This document shows, piece by piece, positions 47,830-57,553 of a DNA stretch of 64,000 nucleotides (its first letter is position 1; each line of letters starts with the position of its first letter). The notes beneath the pieces were generated by a model. The model saw only the letters and a list, made by a program, of their open reading frames with translations, was not told the origin of the DNA and did not search any database. The position numbers were made by a program, and so were the translations under genes. The stretch is from Patescibacteria group bacterium (GTDB lineage: Bacteria > Patescibacteriota > WWE3 > UBA101185 > UBA10185): assembly GCA_032117075.1 (NCBI GenBank), contig JAUMAA010000003.1, positions 41,574-105,573 of the forward strand, read 5' to 3'.

Positions 47830-48588
47830 TTAAAAAGAAAAAATTGAAAAGATAAAGGAAAAAAGAGCACCTATCACCAAAAAAGGACCAAAAGGAATTT
47901 GGGATTTTAGTTTTTTTAATTTGAAAATTAAAACTAAAATCCCAAACACACCCCCTAAAATAAATCCAAAATAAAGTGCAGAAATGTTTGCTGGGTAACC
48001 AACTACAATGGAGATAAAACATGCTAGTTTTAAATCCCCACCACCCATACCACCTTTAGATAAAAGTATGATTAGATAAAAAATTGTAAAAATAATAAAA
48101 ACCGATAAAAATTCGGTAAATAAATTATCAAGTGATAAATTTTGCAATATTAAACTTCTATATAAAATTGAAAAAATACTTCCAAAAACAATTATTTCAA
48201 AAGGAATCTCATAAAATTTAAAATCAGTAAAACTAATAATTAAAAATAATGAAAAAATAATTAACAGATATATAAGAAAATTTATTTCAAAATTTTGAAT
48301 CACGGTAATGTAGTATGCAAAAACAAAACTAACACCAGTTAGAATTTCAGAAACAGGGTAGAGTAGTGATAATTTATGACCGCAATAAGAACATCTTCCT
48401 TTTTGGAGTATAAAACTAATAATTGGAATTAGGTTGATAGCCTCAAGCTGATGTCCGCAATGATCACATTTGGATCTGTCTGTAAGAAAGTTTTCCTTAC
48501 GATAAAGGCGGTCGGAAACAACATTAAGGAATGATCCAAGGAATATTCCTAAGAAAAATAATGTTGTTCCGACCGCCCAATCAAACAT
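47830..48588 (-). CDS. pilD: Prepilin peptidase
   Basis: GSFLNV, CDHC...CSYC, GMGGGDLKL, IPFGPFL. Confidence 0.95.
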   Translation of the reverse strand: MFDWAVGTTLFFLGIFLGSFLNVVSDRLYRKENFLTDRSKCDHCGHQLEAINLIPIISFILQKGRCSYCGHKLSLLYPVSEILTGVSFVFAYYITVIQNFEINFLIYLLIIFSLFLIISFTDFKFYEIPFEIIVFGSIFSILYRSLILQNLSLDNLFTEFLSVFIIFTIFYLIILLSKGGMGGGDLKLACFISIVVGYPANISALYFGFILGGVFGILVLIFKLKKLKSQIPFGPFLVIGALFSFIFSIFSF

Positions 48589-48600
48589 CTTAAAACCTAA

Positions 48601-49167
48601 CTATTGACCAAACTTATCTGTTCCGCAAGCAGAAAGATCTGTACCAACCTCATAAGCTGTTACATCATCACCACCATCATTTTGCATTTTTGGTGCATCA
48701 TTATCTAGCATAGAATTTATTTCAAATCCTGTAGCAGAAACACAAAAAACATACCTAGCTGTAGCTGTTTTAAGACCTTCAGATGTGGTGTAAGTTACAC
48801 TAGCTGTACCATTCTTAGGGTCTAAAGGTAATACTGCTAAATTTGAAAACTTATAAGGAACTGGTGCGACAGCTGTTGGAACAAACTTTACCCAACCGGT
48901 ACCATCTACTGCCTGGTTATTAGGATTTGCTGTATCCGCTGAATTATACTTTCCAGGTGTTAAAGTAATAAATCCTTGAGCTTGCTCTCTTAATATTCCA
49001 TCTTGGATACTTCTTAAGTCAGAAACTCTCTTGGTATCATTTCCCCTTCCAGTCAATCTTCCTACATCGATATTAGTAAACACAATTGCTACTAATATTC
49101 CAAGAATTACCATGACAATTAGTAATTCTATAAGTGTAAAACCTTTATTGTTGTTGATTTTACTCAT
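48601..49167 (-). CDS. Pilin, probably the major subunit
   Basis: NKG|FTLIELL, DTKRVSDL, LPLDP; adjacent to pilC. Confidence 0.9.
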   Translation of the reverse strand: MSKINNNKGFTLIELLIVMVILGILVAIVFTNIDVGRLTGRGNDTKRVSDLRSIQDGILREQAQGFITLTPGKYNSADTANPNNQAVDGTGWVKFVPTAVAPVPYKFSNLAVLPLDPKNGTASVTYTTSEGLKTATARYVFCVSATGFEINSMLDNDAPKMQNDGGDDVTAYEVGTDLSACGTDKFGQ

Positions 49168-49169
49168 AT

Positions 49170-50381
49170 TTATAATCCTCCTACGGTGCCGATAATACTA
49201 TAGATTGGGGTAATCACCGATAAAATTATTCCCCCAACACTAACTCCTAATACTATTAATATAATAGGTTCAATTGCTGCTGACAATCCTTTGATTGCAT
49301 AACTGGATTCATTTGCATAATTGTCTGCAACTTTATCTAGTAGTTCATCTACTTTACCAGTTTCTTCTCCGATTTTAATCATAGAAGGAATAATTGGATC
49401 AAAAAATTTATTGGATCTAAAATAATCAGATAAGTTATTTCCTTTTTCAATATATTTTGAAGCCTCTAAAGAGGCAGTGATAATAATAATGTTAGAAGAA
49501 ACTCTTGCAGAGATTATCAATGCTTCTGTAATCTGAACTCCAGAACCAATTAGCAAAGATAAAATTCTCATATAACTTGAAAGTTCTGTTTGTTTTAAAA
49601 CTTTTCCAATAACTGGAATTTTGAAAAGTATTGTTGACATTATTGATTTTCCTTCAGGAGAAATCAAAAATAATCTTAAAAGAATTCCTCCTGCAATAAT
49701 GACAATTAGAAAAACATACCAGTAATTGATTAACACATTTGATAAATTAATTAAAAATTGAGTATGCCAAGGAAGTTCTTTATCTAATGATTTAAAAATT
49801 TCAGTAAGTTTAGGAACTACATAAACAATTAAAACTAAAATAACAATAATCATTACAACTAAAATTATGGCAGGGTAAATCAAAGCTGCTTTAAGTCTAG
49901 ATTGCAAATCCCTGTTTGATTCATATGTCTCTGCAATTCTTGCAAGAATGCTATCTAACTTACCAGATGATTCTCCTGCTTTTATTAAAGCAGTATAAGA
50001 AGAGTCAAAAATTGCAGGAAACCTAGACATGGCACCAGAAAGGGAAGTACCGGCATCAACATCTTTACTTATTTCAGTTAGTATTTTTTTAAAGTTGTTA
50101 TTAGTGGTTTGGTCAATACAAATCAATAAAGATTTGGTGATAGTTAAACCTGAATTAATCATGGTAGAAAATTCCCTAGAGAATTCAGTAACTTCTTCAA
50201 AACTAACACCTCCAATAGAGGAGAGGGTATCCAAAAAAGATGCATGTTTTTCAGCAATTGAAACAACTATTAAGGATTGAGATTTGAGAATAGTAAGGGC
50301 ATCTTGTTGTGATTTTGCTTCAACTGTACCTGTTTTAGAGTTTCCAAGGGAATCTTTAGCTGAAAAATCATATATCGGCAT
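49170..50381 (-). CDS. pilC: Type IV pilus platform protein (GspF family)
   Basis: AGESSGKLD, YPAII, IGEETGKVD, IEP. Confidence 0.95.
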   Translation of the reverse strand: MPIYDFSAKDSLGNSKTGTVEAKSQQDALTILKSQSLIVVSIAEKHASFLDTLSSIGGVSFEEVTEFSREFSTMINSGLTITKSLLICIDQTTNNNFKKILTEISKDVDAGTSLSGAMSRFPAIFDSSYTALIKAGESSGKLDSILARIAETYESNRDLQSRLKAALIYPAIILVVMIIVILVLIVYVVPKLTEIFKSLDKELPWHTQFLINLSNVLINYWYVFLIVIIAGGILLRLFLISPEGKSIMSTILFKIPVIGKVLKQTELSSYMRILSLLIGSGVQITEALIISARVSSNIIIITASLEASKYIEKGNNLSDYFRSNKFFDPIIPSMIKIGEETGKVDELLDKVADNYANESSYAIKGLSAAIEPIILIVLGVSVGGIILSVITPIYSIIGTVGGL

Positions 50382-50383
50382 AA

Positions 50384-51445
50384 TTATTTTTTAATAAGTC
50401 TTTGTAAATTCTCAGGATTTAAAGAATACTTAATAGCAGTATTCAAAGCTACTTTTCCTGTATTTACAAGCTCAGCTAAAGAATTATCCATACTTAACAT
50501 TCCTACATTTGCTGATGTAGCAATAACATTATCAATTGAGAAAATCTTTCCTTCTCTAATAAGACTTCTAGATGCAGAGGTTGCAATTAAAACTTCAGTT
50601 GCAGGGACTAAGTCGTTAGTTACTGTTTCAATTAATCTTTGAGAAACAACCATTTCAAGAGTTAAAGATAATTGATTTCTAATTTGCTCTTGCATTGTTT
50701 GAGGACAGGAAGACAAAATTCTGTCAATTGTTTGAGCTGCCGAATTAGTATGAAGAGTAGAGAATACTAAATGCCCGGTCTCTGCCAAGTTCATCACAGC
50801 TAGCATTGAATCAAAATCGTTAATTTCACCAACCATTATAATGTTAGGGTCAACTCTAGTAATTGATTTTAAAGAAGAAGTCCAGTTAACAGTATCTAAA
50901 GATAACTCTATTTGCTGCACAAAACTTTTTTTTGATTCAAATAAAAATTCAATTGGATCCTCAATTGTAACAATATGTTCAGATCTTGTTTGGTTTATCT
51001 TTTCCATAATACCTGCAATAGTAGTTGATTTTCCCTGACCTGTTGGTCCCGTAACTAAAATCAGACCCTGTTTAAGTTCAATAGCATGATTTAAAACAGG
51101 AGGAAGATTTAGTTTTTCAAGTTCTGGAACTTTGAATGGAATACTCCTTAATGCAACAGCAGGATAACCTTTTTGATTAAAAACTGTTACCCTAAACCGG
51201 ATATTATTTCCAAAATTTACTGATAGATAAAGTTCTTTATTTATTTCAAAAATTTTTCTCTGATCTTGTGTCAAAACTTGAGAAAGAAAATACTCAATAT
51301 CATCAACACTTAAAGGTTGATAGCTTTCTTTAATTAATAATTGTTTTTTAATTCTAAAAATTGGAGGAAGACCTACAGACAAATGTAAGTCTGAAGCACC
51401 ATCTGATATAACTGAATTTACTAACTCTTTTAAATTAATTGCCAT
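50384..51445 (-). CDS. pilT: PilT/PilU-family retraction ATPase
   Basis: ASDLHL, GPTGQGKST, TIEDPIE, ETGHLVFSTLHT, RSLIRE. Confidence 0.92.
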   Translation of the reverse strand: MAINLKELVNSVISDGASDLHLSVGLPPIFRIKKQLLIKESYQPLSVDDIEYFLSQVLTQDQRKIFEINKELYLSVNFGNNIRFRVTVFNQKGYPAVALRSIPFKVPELEKLNLPPVLNHAIELKQGLILVTGPTGQGKSTTIAGIMEKINQTRSEHIVTIEDPIEFLFESKKSFVQQIELSLDTVNWTSSLKSITRVDPNIIMVGEINDFDSMLAVMNLAETGHLVFSTLHTNSAAQTIDRILSSCPQTMQEQIRNQLSLTLEMVVSQRLIETVTNDLVPATEVLIATSASRSLIREGKIFSIDNVIATSANVGMLSMDNSLAELVNTGKVALNTAIKYSLNPENLQRLIKK

Positions 51446-51479
51446 ATTATAATTTACCTACTAAATTAATTGCCATATT
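51431..51479. repeat. 18-bp direct repeat duplicating the pilT start
   Basis: TAAATTAATTGCCATATT at 51431-51448 and 51462-51479. Confidence 0.9.
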
Positions 51480-51511
51480 TTAAATCTATATTATTTTCAA
51501 ATTAAATACAA

Positions 51512-53305
51512 CTAACTGAGTGCTACCCTCATAACTTCAGAAATATTTGTTTGACCTTCAACTGATTTTAAAAAACCATCCTGCATTAAAGTTACCATTC
51601 CCTGAGAAATAGCAATCTCTTCAATCTCTTGTGCAGATTTTCTTTCGATAGTGGCCTTAGAAATTTCAGGACTCATTGGAAAAAATTCATAAATTCCAAT
51701 TCTTCCTTGATAACCAATATTGTTACACTTATCACAACCAACTGGTCTGAATAATTTAAAGTCACCTTTTTCGATTAACTGGATGCTATCAAATATTTTT
51801 TTATCTTTACTTTCTAAAATATGATTATCTTGAAGTTTCTTTAAGGAATCTTTAACCAAAAGTTTAATATCCTCAGGAGGATCGTATTCTTGTTTACAAT
51901 TAACACAAAGTTTTCTAACTAATCTTTGAGCTAACACTCCGTTACAAGTAGAGGAGAGAAGGTAATTCTCAACATTCATATCTAAAAGTCTCGGTATAGC
52001 ACCAGTTGCGGAATTTGTGTGTAAAGTTGATAGAACCAAGTGACCTGTTAGAGCCGCTTGTATGGCGAGACCTGCGGTCTCGCCATCTCTAATTTCTCCA
52101 ACCATTATTATATTAGGATCTTGCCTTAAAAAACTTCTCAAAGCAGAAGCAAAAGTAAGCCCTGCTTTCACATTTACTTGAACTTGATTTACACCTGGAA
52201 CTCTAATTTCAACCGGATCTTCAATAGTTACAATATTAACTCTAGAGGTATTTAACTTCTGTAATGCCGAGGCTAAAGTCACAGTTTTACCAGAACCTGT
52301 TGGTCCGGTTACTAAAATTATTCCAGTTGGTTTAAGTAGTGCCTCTTCAAACCTTCTTAAGGTCAAGCCTCTCATACCTAAGTCTTGAAAAGAATAAACT
52401 GTAGATTGTTCTTTAAGTAACCTAATCACTACCTTCTCACCAAAAACAGTTGGAAGAGTAGAGACTCTTAAATCGGTAAAAGTATTTCCAACTTGGACTT
52501 TAAATCTTCCATCCTGAGGAATTCTTTTTTCATCAATTTTTAATCCAGATAAAACCTTAATTCTCGCAACTATTGAATCACTCATTTCTTTTGGAAAAGT
52601 CCTTCTTTCCTCTAAAACTCCGTCGATTCTATATCTTAGTCTTACTTTTTCTTCCGAGGGTTCTAAGTGAATATCTGAGGCACCTAGCTTAACTGCTGTT
52701 TCTACAATCATACCGACAATTCTCGCCACAGGAGCATCTTTTAAAACTTCATCATCTTTGGTTAATGTACCGCTACCATCAATCCTTAATGCTTGGGTAG
52801 TTGCGGAAATCTCTTCCATTGCTTTAGTAACATCTTCACCCAAATTCTTAGATCTAGCATCTTCTAAAACATCTTCAATATCCCTTTTGGTAGCTACATA
52901 TGGAACAACTTTTAAATTAGTTTTCTTTTCTAAAAATTCTATAATTTCTAAATTCATCGGATCAGACATAGCGACTTGAAGAATTTCGGACATTTGATTA
53001 AAAGGTGCTAATTCATATTTTTTGGCTAAATCTAATGGGACAAGTTCAAAAAGTTTAGGACTAATCTTCTTTCCTTTGAGAACAACATATTCCATTCCAT
53101 ATACTTGGGAGTAGGCGAGAGCATATTCTTCGCCAGAAACTAAATTTGATTCTTTCAAAACCTCACGAGTAGATTTACCTGTATTGGTGCTTTCTATTCT
53201 CAAAGCATCATATTGCTGTTGATTTATTTTTCCAGCAACAAGTAAAACATCTTCAATAGTCTTGAAATTAGTATTTTGATTTGTACTATAATTCAAATCA
53301 GGCAT
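51512..53305 (-). CDS. pilB: Type IV pilus assembly ATPase (GspE/PilB)
   Basis: ASDIHLEP, PQDGR, GPTGSGKT, LRQDPNIIMVGEIRD, CVNC/CDKC zinc motif. Confidence 0.96.
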   Translation of the reverse strand: MPDLNYSTNQNTNFKTIEDVLLVAGKINQQQYDALRIESTNTGKSTREVLKESNLVSGEEYALAYSQVYGMEYVVLKGKKISPKLFELVPLDLAKKYELAPFNQMSEILQVAMSDPMNLEIIEFLEKKTNLKVVPYVATKRDIEDVLEDARSKNLGEDVTKAMEEISATTQALRIDGSGTLTKDDEVLKDAPVARIVGMIVETAVKLGASDIHLEPSEEKVRLRYRIDGVLEERRTFPKEMSDSIVARIKVLSGLKIDEKRIPQDGRFKVQVGNTFTDLRVSTLPTVFGEKVVIRLLKEQSTVYSFQDLGMRGLTLRRFEEALLKPTGIILVTGPTGSGKTVTLASALQKLNTSRVNIVTIEDPVEIRVPGVNQVQVNVKAGLTFASALRSFLRQDPNIIMVGEIRDGETAGLAIQAALTGHLVLSTLHTNSATGAIPRLLDMNVENYLLSSTCNGVLAQRLVRKLCVNCKQEYDPPEDIKLLVKDSLKKLQDNHILESKDKKIFDSIQLIEKGDFKLFRPVGCDKCNNIGYQGRIGIYEFFPMSPEISKATIERKSAQEIEEIAISQGMVTLMQDGFLKSVEGQTNISEVMRVALS

Positions 53306-53320
53306 TATTATTACTATATC

Positions 53321-54001
53321 ATGACTGAAAAAAAATTAATTTTTAAAACTTATTTAATATATGGAACAAGTAAATCTTTAAGGGAACAAAAGATTAAAAC
53401 ATTGTTTCCAGATAAATTTAAAATTGAAAACAATCCAGACTTTTTACAAATAAAATTAAGCGATAAAAAAAAGAGTATTGGTATCGAAGAAGTAAAATTT
53501 ATTGGGCAATTTTTACAAACAAAACCACTTTCTCATAAAGTAAAAATTGCCCTTATCTCAGAAGCCAACTCGCTCACTACTGAAGCTCAAAATTCCTTAT
53601 TAAAAACATTAGAGGAACACACAGACAACTCAATAATAATTCTTGAAGATTCTTATATCAATTTTTTACTTCCAACAATTATTTCAAGGTGTATTTTAGA
53701 AAAAGTAGAAAGTAAGATTGATGAAAATGAAAAAATTCCAAGTAACTTTTTTGAGATGAATGTAACTGATAAATTAAATTTCATTGAAACGATTAATAAA
53801 CTTGAAAAAGAAGAAATAATTTCGATTTTAAATTCCAGTTTAAAACAATTAAAAGAAGGGAAGTATCAAAATTTTAAAAAAGAGAATACATTTAATATTA
53901 ATTTAATTGCTAAAACCTGTGAAAATTTAGAAAAATATAATTTAAATACAAGATTAGCCCTAGAAAATTTAGCACTTAACTTACTACCTGTAATGATATA
54001 A
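53321..54001 (+). CDS. holB: DNA polymerase III delta-prime-like subunit
   Basis: PDF, SIGIEEVK, LTTEAQNSLLKTLEE, LLPTIISRC; start set to ATG 53321. Confidence 0.8.
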   Translation: MTEKKLIFKTYLIYGTSKSLREQKIKTLFPDKFKIENNPDFLQIKLSDKKKSIGIEEVKFIGQFLQTKPLSHKVKIALISEANSLTTEAQNSLLKTLEEHTDNSIIILEDSYINFLLPTIISRCILEKVESKIDENEKIPSNFFEMNVTDKLNFIETINKLEKEEIISILNSSLKQLKEGKYQNFKKENTFNINLIAKTCENLEKYNLNTRLALENLALNLLPVMI

Positions 54002-54012
54002 TATGTTGGTCT

Positions 54013-55971
54013 ATGAGTAACAATAACTATTCTTCCGAGCAATTACAAATTCTAGAAGGTTTAGAAGCGGTCAGAAAAAGACCTGGAATGTATATTGGTT
54101 CAACTGGCCAAGTTGGACTTCATCACTGTGTTACTGAAATCGTAAACAACTCAATGGACGAAGCTTTAGCTGGTTTTGCTAACCATATAAGAGTGACATT
54201 TTTTGAAGACGGATCAGTTGGAGTTTACGATAATGGAAGAGGAATTCCCTTTGACTTAAATAAAAAATACAACAAAACCGGACTAGAAATTGCTTTCACA
54301 GTTTTGCACGGAGGAGGTAAATTCGGTGGAGGAGGGTACAAAGTTTCCTCCGGTCTTCACGGAGTAGGTGCTTCTGTTGTTAATGCCTTATCTGAATACT
54401 GTAGAGTTATTTCAAGAAGAGGTGAAGAAATTGTAATTCAGGAATATAAAGACGGTGGAAATGTATTAGGGCCAGTTAGACCTTATAAAGAAGGAGAAAC
54501 TCTACTTAAAGGAATTGAAAGTCCTTTAAACCCACTTGATTGGAATTACTCATCAGGAACAATTGTTCAATTCAAACCAGATAAAACAATATTTGATACT
54601 GTGGATTTCAAATATGAACATTTTGAAAATCAATTAAGAGAGTATGCATATCTTACAGCAAAAGTAAAATTTGAAATTATTGACTACAGATCAGATAAAC
54701 AATATGTTTATTACTTTGAAGGTGGAGTAAAAACATTTCTTAAAAATCTAAATAGAAATAAAAAAGTTATTAATCAATCTCCATTCTATGTTCTTAAAGA
54801 TACCGAGGAACTTTATGTAGAAGCTGCTTTTCAATATAACGATTCATTTAATGAAAATTTTTTAAGTTTTGCAAACCACATTAAAACAGGAGAGGGTGGA
54901 ACCCATTTAACAGGATTTAGAACAGCATTAACTAGAACAATAAATGATTATGCTAAAAAAACAGGGTATTTAAAAGATTCAGAATCTCTAACACCTGACG
55001 ATATTAATGAAGGTTTAACAGCTGTTATCTCTGTCAAATTACAATCTGAGGAACTTCAGTTTGAAGGGCAAACAAAAAACAAATTAGGAAATACTTTTGT
55101 AAGACCATTAGTAGAAAAAATTACTAAAGATGCTATTACAGAATATTTTGATGAGAATCCAAAAGAAGCCAAAGCTATTTTAGAAAAAAATGTTTTAGCG
55201 ATGAAAGCCAGAATGGCTGCAAAAGCTGCAAGAGAAACTGTTATTAGAAAAACATTTTTAGAAGGTGGAGGAGTTCTGCCAGGAAAATTAGCAGACTGCT
55301 CCGAAAAAGATGCTAAAAAAACTGAACTATTTATTGTTGAGGGAGACTCTGCGGGCGGATCTGCAAAACAAGGAAGAGATAGAAAAACACAAGCAATTTT
55401 GCCTTTATTTGGAAAAGTTATTAATACCGAAAGAGCTAGACTTGATAAAGTAGTCTCTTCCGATAAATTTAAGAATTTAATTATCGCTATTGGTTCTGGA
55501 ATTGGGGACCACTATAATCCAGACAAACTCAGGTACCACAAGATTGTTATTATGGCCGATGCTGATATTGATGGAAGTCACATTATGACCCTTTACCTAA
55601 CATTTTTCTTTAGACATATGAGACCACTAGTTGAAAATGGTCATATCTATGTTGCCGTACCTCCTTTATACAAAGCAACTTGGGGTAAAAATAAAAAATA
55701 TCTTTTCACTGATGCCGAAAGAATTGATTTTTTAAAAGCTCATGCAGATAAAAAAATTATTACTCAAAGATTTAAAGGTTTAGGAGAAATGAATTCTGAT
55801 GAATTATGGGAAACTACTATGAACCCAAAAACCAGAAGATTAAAGCAAATAACCGTCTCAGATGCCACAAGAGCTGATATAGTATTTACAACATTAATGG
55901 GCGATGAAGTTCTTCCTAGAAAGAAATTTATCCAAACCAATGCTAAAAAAGCAAATATTGATGTTGCTTAA
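54013..55971 (+). CDS. gyrB: DNA gyrase subunit B
   Basis: LEAVRKRPGMYIG, GLHGVG, VEGDSAGG, DADIDG, QRFKGLGEM. Confidence 0.96.
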   Translation: MSNNNYSSEQLQILEGLEAVRKRPGMYIGSTGQVGLHHCVTEIVNNSMDEALAGFANHIRVTFFEDGSVGVYDNGRGIPFDLNKKYNKTGLEIAFTVLHGGGKFGGGGYKVSSGLHGVGASVVNALSEYCRVISRRGEEIVIQEYKDGGNVLGPVRPYKEGETLLKGIESPLNPLDWNYSSGTIVQFKPDKTIFDTVDFKYEHFENQLREYAYLTAKVKFEIIDYRSDKQYVYYFEGGVKTFLKNLNRNKKVINQSPFYVLKDTEELYVEAAFQYNDSFNENFLSFANHIKTGEGGTHLTGFRTALTRTINDYAKKTGYLKDSESLTPDDINEGLTAVISVKLQSEELQFEGQTKNKLGNTFVRPLVEKITKDAITEYFDENPKEAKAILEKNVLAMKARMAAKAARETVIRKTFLEGGGVLPGKLADCSEKDAKKTELFIVEGDSAGGSAKQGRDRKTQAILPLFGKVINTERARLDKVVSSDKFKNLIIAIGSGIGDHYNPDKLRYHKIVIMADADIDGSHIMTLYLTFFFRHMRPLVENGHIYVAVPPLYKATWGKNKKYLFTDAERIDFLKAHADKKIITQRFKGLGEMNSDELWETTMNPKTRRLKQITVSDATRADIVFTTLMGDEVLPRKKFIQTNAKKANIDVA

Positions 55972-56028
55972 TTCAAATTAAAATTATTAAAGATTACATT
56001 AAACACATTTTTTAGTTATCATGGTTGT

Positions 56029-57231
56029 ATGCCCAGGATATTTTTATACTTATTATTAATTTTAATAGCCCTTGGCATGCTTGGGTTTAGTTATCAAAAT
56101 GAACTTAAAAATTATTACCTTCTTTATTCAAATCAAATCTCAAACGAGGAATTAACCAAATTTAATCAAAAAAAGATTTTTATTAATTTTCCAAATAAAA
56201 GTCATCAATATAGTCTAGAAGAGATAGGTATCTCATTTAACAATAAAAAAGATAGGCAGATTGATGAAAATAAATTTAATTCTTTCAGAACAAATTTAGA
56301 AAAAGAACTTCAGTATCTAACCCAAAACCCTAATATTAATCTAGAAAAAAATGAATTTTATATTCTTGGAATAGATAGCAAAATTTTTCTTGATGAAGAA
56401 AAGTTTCTAAATGAATTAAATTTTAATAATCTTTTACAAAATAATGAGATTAGAATTTCTCCAAAATTTAGAGAGTCTTTTTCATTAAAACAAAATATTG
56501 ATGCTAACCAAAAACTTATTAATAAAATGACAAATAACTCCCTAACCATAAAAATAGGGAGGCAAATATTCATCTTAGATTCTCAGAAATTACAAACATT
56601 TCTTACAAAATATCAGGATCAAAATAATAAAGAGATTATTATTGTAGAAAAAAAGAAAATTGAAGATTATTTATCTAATTTAAAAAAAACACAAAAACTG
56701 CCTGCAGAATTTAATTTAAGTGAGTCTTCTCAAAAACTTACTTCTCATTTACTATTTAGATTAACAGAGGAAGTTCATACTAAAACTTTAGTACTTCCCA
56801 TCACCAGTTCATACACCTTAAATCCAGATTTACATAAAAAATTTATTGAAGTAAATAAATCAAATCAGAGAGCATACCTTTTTGAAAATGGAAATTTAAT
56901 TAAAGAATATGTTATTTCTACTGGGATTACCTGGGAAACTCCGACAGGTAGTTTTAAAGTTTTAAATAAAGTTCCAATGACTATTTCTTACTCATATATC
57001 TGGTACATGCCTTGGTACTTACCAATAGGAACTATCAACGGTCCATTCTACTTTGGGTTTCATGAGGTACCTTATCAAGTAAGTTATAACGGAATGATTT
57101 ATTCTAGGGATCCTGAGACTATAGGAAGTCCTGCGACAGGGGGGTGTATTCAACTCCTTAAAGGACAAGCTAAAGAAGTTTACGACTGGGCTGAAGTGGG
57201 AATGCCTGTTTATATAACTGAAAATAAGTAG
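56029..57231 (+). CDS. L,D-transpeptidase (YkuD domain) with N-terminal anchor
   Basis: ISTG...ETPTG.F, FGFH...GSPATGGC. Confidence 0.85.
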   Translation: MPRIFLYLLLILIALGMLGFSYQNELKNYYLLYSNQISNEELTKFNQKKIFINFPNKSHQYSLEEIGISFNNKKDRQIDENKFNSFRTNLEKELQYLTQNPNINLEKNEFYILGIDSKIFLDEEKFLNELNFNNLLQNNEIRISPKFRESFSLKQNIDANQKLINKMTNNSLTIKIGRQIFILDSQKLQTFLTKYQDQNNKEIIIVEKKKIEDYLSNLKKTQKLPAEFNLSESSQKLTSHLLFRLTEEVHTKTLVLPITSSYTLNPDLHKKFIEVNKSNQRAYLFENGNLIKEYVISTGITWETPTGSFKVLNKVPMTISYSYIWYMPWYLPIGTINGPFYFGFHEVPYQVSYNGMIYSRDPETIGSPATGGCIQLLKGQAKEVYDWAEVGMPVYITENK

Positions 57232-57268
57232 TAAAATAGTAAAGGAGATGGCATAAATCAAGGAGGAT

Positions 57269-57460
57269 GTGGTGTGGGAATTAATTAAGTACGGACTGTT
57301 TGCCTTCTTTGGGGTTTTTTATTCCTGTCTCCTTTTGTTAGTTTTGATTAGAGTGGTGAGGGCCTTACTGACCCCAGTTGATGAAGTTGATTTAATTGAC
57401 TACATTAACACCAAAAACAACAACGAATCCCTCAAGAGTTGGGAGGAGAGAGAAAGTTAG
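57269..57460 (+). CDS. Small single-TM orphan protein
   Basis: SD AAGGAGG (start may be GTG 57272), shared GGAGAT leader, downstream hairpin. Confidence 0.7.
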   Translation: MVWELIKYGLFAFFGVFYSCLLLLVLIRVVRALLTPVDEVDLIDYINTKNNNESLKSWEERES

Positions 57461-57467
57461 AATTAAA

Positions 57468-57496
57468 GCGGGTTCGTAAATTTATTACGAACCCGC
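57468..57496. repeat. 12-bp perfect inverted repeat without a sense-strand U-tract
   Basis: GCGGGTTCGTAA-attta-TTACGAACCCGC followed by AATTCAAAAC. Confidence 0.85.
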
Positions 57497-57553
57497 AATT
57501 CAAAACATCACCATTTCATTTGACTATCATCTCTTTTCTAGTAAAATAAAAAC

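Noticed and set aside
39203-53305. Type IV pilus cluster as a novel system
   Set aside because: The pilB-pilT-pilC-pilin-pilD-minor pilin-pilMNO set is well known; only specific oddities are reported
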